From: Fonticula alba ATCC 38817
Taxonomy: Eukaryota; Protista; Nucleariida
Reading direction: 5' to 3' (one strand)
Length of the DNA: 38,966 bases
NCBI GenBank assembly: GCA_000388065.2
Contig: KB932204.1
Both the position numbers and the translations under genes were made by a program. Positions 32,610 to 38,966 of the stretch are shown here, in pieces; the first letter of the stretch is position 1; every line of letters begins with the position of its first letter. Below the pieces are notes generated by a model. It worked only from the letters and a program-made list of their open reading frames with translations. It made no database searches and was not told the origin of the DNA.

Positions 32610-35600
32610 CTCGGCGCGGGGGGCGGGGGGGGGCAACAATGGCCTGATCTGCGTGGCTGGCAGGGCAGCGGGATGGCTGGGTGTGGGCAGGCTCGCCCTC
32701 CCGTGGGGCGGCAGCAGGGGATGGGCCAGCTCTTGGGAACGGGCGGCCCCGTCCTTCCCCCGGCCCCGGCCCTTCCTTTGCCCCTGCGCCCGGTGGGGTG
32801 GGGGCCTGCCGAGGTGGTTAGAGAGATGGCTATTCCTCGCGGACGTCGCAAGGACCTTGGGTTTATCTTTCCCGCGGCCGGCGTCCCCGCTGTGTCGCGG
32901 TCTCGGAGTCCCTTGCTCTCGCCCTGGCGCCCTCTTTCCTCAACCCGGCGAAGTTGGGTGTCCGGCGGTAGGTGGCCGCTTTTTCTCGTGTTTTCCGAGT
33001 GGAGGGGACCCCGGAGTGCAGCCTCCGCCGGCGCCTGGGCGCGGGGGGGGGGGGGGGGGGGGGGGGGCGTGCTGTGTATGTGCTGTGTGCGGCTTGTGGT
33101 CCGCGGTCCGGGTCGCCGGAAAAATGAAGGAACCCACTGCGTGGGAGGCCGGGCCCCCGGCCGGCGGCCACCCCCCACCGACCATGGCGACCGAGCGAAA
33201 GGTTGCTCCTCTCGCCTTGTCTGCCCCGGCGCCCTGCTTCGGCGCGTCGGAGGGGTGGGCTGCCCGGGTCCGGGGGCGAGAGGGGGACATATGGCTACGA
33301 GCGGTGGTGGTGGAGGGCAGGTGTCTTTCCTCCCCGGGGGCGTCTTGTGGCCGGCCGGGCCGAATCGGCGCCGGCCGACTGGCTCGGGAGGCAGCGCGCG
33401 ACGCGTGCGCGAGTGCCAACACCAGCGGCCGGGTCATGAGGAGGGCCCGGTACGAGCCGTGCCGCCCTGCGGGGCGGGGGCGACCAAGGTGGCGGTCTAG
33501 TTGGCGGATGGTGTTTGACCCGAAGGGAGTCCGCGGGACGAGGCGGTGAAAATGCCGCAGCGAGGCTGGCTGTCCCCCCCCCCCCCCCAGTCACGCAGGG
33601 ACCTGCGGCGCGCCGGGTCAGGAAACCCCGGGCCAATAAAAAGGGGGATTAAAATTGACTGGTGGGACATACTGGCGGCAGGCCCGTTTTTCTCCTCCCC
33701 CTTCCCCCCTTCCCTCGGCCCCTGGGCATTCTCTCCCGTCAGGAACATGGGTGGCTGGGAGTGTTTTTTTTGTGCCCGCTCATCCTGGCCGAGGGCGGTC
33801 TCCGGCGGCTCCAGAGACAGGGCGGCCAGGGAAACCGGGGGGGGGGAGAACGTCTGCCGTCCGGGGTCCGGCAGGTGGAGCCAGGCTGCCTTTTCGCCTC
33901 TTGCACCGGCACTAAGCACTGGTTCGGCTGGCGCGGGTGTGTCGTTGCTCGGCCGCACGCCCCCCCTCCGCCCGTCCCTCAGCCCGCGGCCGGGAAAACG
34001 TCCGGCGGGAACAGGGGGCAGGCCTGGCAGGCAGGCGGGAGAGCGACAGAGAGAAAGAGAGCGAGAGAGAGAGAGAGCGAGGTGGAGGGGTGGGGGGGAA
34101 GGGGGGCTTTGCTGCAGCTCGCGCTGACTGGCGCGCTGGCGAAGAACGCGGCCAGCCTGGCCGGGGGATCAGCACGACGCTCTGCACCGGCTTTCTGTGA
34201 CACCAATCACTTTAGAGCCATGACTACCATATTATGTTGCGCCCACACTGCCAACCAGAAATTCAAAATCCGATCGGTGAAGAATTCTCCGGCCGGACCC
34301 TCCGGCGCGAGCGGCGTGCGTGTGTGCGCAAGGGCCCAGCGAGGAGACCGGCCTTTGTTGGGTCGCTTCGGGCGGCTGCAGGGCGCGAGTTAGCCATGAT
34401 TAGTGCATAGCCGTGGACTGGTGTGCGTGCGTGCGTGCGTGCATCGGCGCAGGCGCGGCAGGGGGGTGCCAGTCGCGCGCGCATGCGCGCAAGCATCTAC
34501 GTCAATGCCAGGCGCCGTCTTCAGGCGCGGTTCTCCCCTCCCGACCCGCCCGGGCTCGGGGCACAGAGGGGGTGCGTCCTCGGGGCCGTCGAAGGGTGTG
34601 TTTGCCCCGCGCCCTGGGTTATGCTTTTCCCGGCCTGAGCTCCATTCCCTCCGGCGGGGAGAGTGTATATTTATACGTGTGTGTCTGTGTGTGTGTGTGT
34701 GTGCACTAGGTGGTCGTCCTTTGGGGGGAGTACATCGGTCCCGGACAATGCAGCCCTGTGACGCCCACGACCCGTCGTCCCCCCGGGGGGGGGTCCCTCT
34801 TGCTGATGAGGCGCTCATTGTCCTCGGCCAAGGAGGGGGGTGGTCTGAGGTGCCTTCTCCACGGCCGCCCCCCCCCCCCGCCCCGCCCCGCCCCAGCCTG
34901 GTGGACTGCCGCTGAGGCGGCGGCCCCCCGCAAGGGTCTGTGCCAGTTCTTCAGCCTCCAACGGCCAGCCCGACGCCCGCAGACAGGGGGGGTCGTCAAT
35001 GGAGCGGGGATGTGTTTTCCCGGGGAGGGCGGTCAGGCAGGCGCGTCGGCTCCCCCTAGCCTCCTCGGTCGACACGCTAGCCGGGCCGGGGGATGATGCT
35101 CTCCTTGGCGCGGACAACAACAAACGTTGTGGCGCGGACATGTGGTGGCCGGGGAATGGAAAATAAATCGCACCCTTCCGGCTGGGAATGACCAGACGCT
35201 GGTGTCGCCCCTCAGCTACACCAGGGCCGGGAGGCAGGTGCTCTGTGGCCCCCGCACGCGCCCGCTCTGGGATCTCTGTCGCGGGCCCCCGGGGGAGAGA
35301 GGGCGAGAGACAGAGCGACCGGGGGGGGGGGGGGGGGGGCCAGAGATCCGCCTGGCCCTGTCTGTGCTTTTGGGCTCTCTCCGGACGCCCGGGTGCCGGT
35401 ATTCGCCCTTCCACGCTGGCTGGCCCTTGTCAAGACACGGACCCGGGCGCATGACGCGGGCCCGTGAACAGTCGAATCCACGTGCCCCAATAACGCCATT
35501 CCACCACATTACACTCAAACCCCCTCGCAGCCCCAAGCAGCGCCTGGAATTCGCGTGGGCCCTACACGCAGGCTCGCCCGTGCACGCTTTTGCAAGAGCC

Positions 35601-35665
35601 GCCCCGCGGCCCGCGGGCGGGGAATGCCCCGGCCCTGGGGGGCGCGACTCGGAGGGTTGCCCGGC

Positions 35666-35777
35666 CTACATGCCTGAAAGCCGGGCCGTTTTTTTTTTTC
35701 AGTGTCCCTGGGCCGAGCGTCTCCATTTGGCCAGCCGGGGGGGGCGGGGGCGGGGACTAGACCGAAGTAGAGGCGGT
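35666..35777. repeat. Repeat block A, copy 1 (112 bp, contains T11)
   Basis: Matches 37958-38069 with one mismatch (A35761 vs C38053). Confidence 0.92.
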
Positions 35778-36040
35778 TCCTGTCCTGCCTGAACGACTGG
35801 CCCCGCTGCTCGTCCGTCGGTTCCCCGGCCCCTCTGCACTCCCCCCGGGGGGCGGCGGGGGGGGGGGGGGGGGGGAGGGGGAGAGGGCCTTGGCTTTGTA
35901 CTAATGTGGGGCGCTGCGGTCAGGACTGGGGTGTGAATTCACTCCTTGCCAGGCAGAGCGAGAAGGCAGTCGGGGGAGGGGGGTGGGGGGATACTATCGA
36001 GGCTGGGAGAGACGGCGTGTGGCGGGGGGGGGGGGAGGGG

Positions 36041-36149
36041 GGGCGCATTCTGGCAGCGGGGATGCTTTTTTCCATGGGCACCGGAGAAGCTGATAGCTGT
36101 GAATCGGAACATACTCCCGGATGAGTGCCCGCTGGAAGGGGGGGCCGCG

Positions 36150-36186
<37 letters not shown>
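36041..36186. repeat. Repeat block B, copy 1 (110-bp core plus (TG)18)
   Basis: Core is identical to 38823-38932; both copies run into a (TG)n tract. Confidence 0.93.
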
Positions 36187-36187
<1 letters not shown>

Positions 36188-36559
36188 TAGCCGGCGGGGG
36201 CTTGGAGTGGCGGAGTAGCCAGGTTGGGGCCCTCTCTCCCCTGACCAAGAGCAACACGCACACCCACAAACATACACGCACCCGAGGCCGGCGCGCCGCG
36301 CCCGCGCCATTCCCTCCACGGGGTGCCCCCCTTTGGGCCGGGCAAATGGGCCAGGAGGAAGGATGAGCTTGCAAGTGGGTGGACCCAAACACCGAGGGAG
36401 AGGGGGCGGGGCTGGGGGCAGGACCGGCCGTGGCCCAGCGCAAAGGCCCAAGGGGGAGCGCCGAGAGGCCGCGGCGGGTTATTAACTGTTCCTCACGACT
36501 GGCCGTCACACCGTGTCTGTGTGGGCCCGGGCGCATCCGGGGGCAGTCCAGCGTGCATG

Positions 36560-36561
<2 letters not shown>

Positions 36562-36618
<57 letters not shown>
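36562..36618 (+). repeat. G57 homopolymer
   Basis: Longest homopolymer in the window; the exact length is unreliable with most sequencing chemistries. Confidence 0.85.
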
Positions 36619-36619
<1 letters not shown>

Positions 36620-37789
36620 GGCGGAGCGGGAGCTGGGCACACTCGTGAGCGCACCCCCGCGTGCATGGGTCTAGCGTGGACGACAGCCCCGAGTGCATGA
36701 CATTCTCCCTCTCAGCCGGAGTCGCGTTTGCGTATCAAAGTGGCGTGTACATCTGTGTGTTTGTGTGCGTGTGTGTGCGCGCCCATGTCTGTCGAAGCAC
36801 CTTCATGTGTGGCTCGGGGAGCGCCGCTGGCTCGCGCGTCTCTCCCGCTCGGATGAGGTTTAGGACCTGACCGGCATGCGAGCGGCGTCATTTTCCGATC
36901 CGAAGCGCGGATGGCAGAGCAGCCACACAGCAGGGCGGCGGGAGGCGCGATTATGGGGAGTAAGGTGTGCCTCCCACGACAGATTTCTCCTTGCACCTGG
37001 TCGTGAGTCTCGCTCCTGGGAGTCCTCTTCCGGGGGGGGGGGCGGGGGGAGGGTGTCCGGCCCTCTGTGTGGGGTGCGCTGCCCCTTTGCCTCCGGTTTG
37101 GCGCGCCGGCGCATGCCCGCGGCGTGGCCTCTCGTGCTCCCACTTGCCTTTTGGCCGCCTCCGACCGCGGGCCTGGCGCTGCCCGGCCACTTCGCCCCTC
37201 CTGGCACGGCCACGGGCCACTCTGCATGCAGTGAGGCATATTTAAAATCGCGCCCACGAAAAGATGATGTCGGCACATTCTTGCATGCACGGGGCCTGGA
37301 GGCGGCTGTGCTATCCCGCCCGGGGGGGGGGGGGGCGCGGGGGCTGTCCGAACGCGAGTGCGTGAAACGCCCAGACAGTGGGGAGCGCGGCCGGGCCGGC
37401 ACGGATCCCGGCCAGGGACCGGCACTCGCGGCCCTGCGGGGACCGGCGCCGCGGGCGCACTTGTGCCCCCGGCCTTCTTGACGTCCTGGCCCCGGGGGAG
37501 AGGGTGTTGTTTGCGGCTGCCCGCGGGAGTGGCGGCCCATAGGGGGCACGAGAGGGGACAGCCACCTCCTCCGTGTCCTTCCGGCTTCCGCCCCGCGCCT
37601 CCCCCTCTCGCATTCGCTTTCTCTGGGCCTCCCTCTCGCGGTCGCTCGGGCATTCTGTCAGTGCCCGACTGTGCCACGGCCCGCTGGCGTGCACGGCCAG
37701 GCGGCCGCCCGGCGTCGGGACACTCCCCCATTCGAAGTCCGCGCATCCTTCTGCGCGGGGCGGGCGGGCTGACTGGCTGCGCGAGTGTG

Positions 37790-38248
37790 TGCCCGAGCCG
37801 CACGCACGCGCACACACCGCATCGTGCACGGCCCTGGGGGGGGGGGGGGGTGCCCGAGCCGCACGCACGCGCACACACCGCATCGTGCACGGNNNNNNNN
37901 NNNNNNNNNNNNNNNNNNNNNNNNNNNNNNNNNNNNNNNNNNNNNNNNNNNNNNNNNCTACATGCCTGAAAGCCGGGCCGTTTTTTTTTTTCAGTGTCCC
38001 TGGGCCGAGCGTCTCCATTTGGCCAGCCGGGGGGGGCGGGGGCGGGGACTAGCCCGAAGTAGAGGCGGTCTCCCTCCCTCCTCGGATACCTGCCCCCCTC
38101 GCCCTTCCCTGCGTCCCCTCCCCCCCTTCACCCCCCCCCGGCGGCGGCTGCGGGGGGGGGGGGGGTGTGTTGGGGGGGGTGGGGTGCCGCCGACGCCGGC
38201 GCGTGCTGCACACACCGCATCGTGCACGGCCCTGGGGGGGGGGGGGGG
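37790..38248. repeat. Repeat C: 61-bp unit ending in poly-G (37790-37850), copy truncated by a gap (37851-37892), partial third copy (38208-38248)
   Basis: Shared core GCACACACCGCATCGTGCACGG, followed by CCCT and a G run in copies 1 and 3. Confidence 0.85.
37958..38069. repeat. Repeat block A, copy 2
   Basis: Starts right after an N-gap, so its true left end is unknown. Confidence 0.9.
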
Positions 38249-38822
38249 CACATTCCGGTAACCGGGCGCACACACACTGCCGTTCCGGATGCCCCGCCGC
38301 CCTGGTCCATATGGCCGCTCCCGGGCCGAGGGCCCGCCCCTGGCGAGTCTGCTGCAGGAGAGGCAGGTCACTTGGCTGGCGCTTTGTCCGGTGCTTCTCT
38401 TCGCGGCGCGTGTCGGGCCATTCGGACGGGCCGCCGCGCGGGCTTCCTTTTGCGCAATCCGCCTCGGCCGCCGGGGCCCGCGAAGCTGGGAGGCGCTTCG
38501 TCAGCTCGACCGGGCCGCCGGCTCTATGGGTGCGTCTGCCCCCGGGCGAGTTCTTGCATGCGCGGGTAGCCTCCTCCCGCCACCCCCCCCCCGGTCCCCC
38601 CAGTCGTTGCCCCGGCAGGCTGCTGGGAGCACAGAGACAGGGGCGAGGGAGGCGGGATCCCCGCCGTTGGGTGAGGACCGCGGTGCGCTGGTCGCGGGCC
38701 CACACACACATCGGCCCTCGCGCGCCCTCCGCCGCCCGGGGCCGGCGAGGCCTTGGCACTCGGCTTGTGTCTGGCCCGCCCGCCTGGGGGATGGGGGGGG
38801 GGGGACCGGGCCATTCCTCCGT

Positions 38823-38931
38823 GGGCGCATTCTGGCAGCGGGGATGCTTTTTTCCATGGGCACCGGAGAAGCTGATAGCTGTGAATCGGAACATACTCCC
38901 GGATGAGTGCCCGCTGGAAGGGGGGGCCGCG

Positions 38932-38966
<35 letters not shown>
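38823..38966. repeat. Repeat block B, copy 2 (core plus at least 17 TG units to the window edge)
   Basis: Identical core to 36041-36150, with a different left flank. Confidence 0.93.

Larger units (their letters stand above)
4396..37957. other. Eight assembly gaps (N-runs)
   Basis: 4396-4670, 12262-12294, 12662-12706, 13338-13347, 14069-14363, 30671-30757, 32058-32128, 37893-37957. Five abut G or C runs and three abut duplicated sequence. Confidence 0.99.

Noticed and set aside
36070-36137. SECIS element in block B
   Set aside because: The AUGA is on the 3' arm, there is no RUGA/GA quartet with apical AA, and no selenoprotein ORF lies nearby.
35666-38966. CRISPR array, LTR retrotransposon or telomeric interpretation of the right-end repeats
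   Set aside because: No regular repeat-spacer period, no cas/gag/pol/transposase ORF, no TG...CA LTR ends with PBS/PPT, and no tandem telomeric repeat.

Overview
This is eukaryotic genomic DNA, not prokaryotic. It is very GC-rich, intron-rich and full of G/C homopolymers and microsatellites, with 8 N-gaps. The gene content (fungal-type ACC, Cdc10-like septin, eIF3d, RPS18) and composition suggest an early-branching opisthokont such as the nucleariid Fonticula alba; this is inference, no search was run. Six spliced genes can be built with GT-AG introns that keep frame: ACC1 (+, 3427-12045), a PP2C phosphatase (+, 15077-17171), a CDC10/SEPT9-group septin (-, 19978-18024), RPS18 (-, 24896-23281), eIF3d (+, 27427-30026) and an unrecognised 3-TM protein with an N-terminal PPxY motif (-, 32016-30401). 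From about 33.3 kb to the end I could support no gene, but there are duplicated blocks. I found no CRISPR array, rRNA, tRNA or recognisable transposon gene, and no complete new system can be demonstrated from sequence alone. The best leads are: (1) a GTNCG 5' splice consensus with no +4A in 22 introns; (2) a G-run to C-run polarity switch upstream of every gene; (3) the orphan PY-motif membrane protein; (4) natural substitutions at eIF3d cap-binding and septin G-interface positions; (5) an expanded multi-site ACC phospho-loop; (6) a long-range helix in RPS18 intron 1; (7) a duplicated structured non-coding element near the right end.
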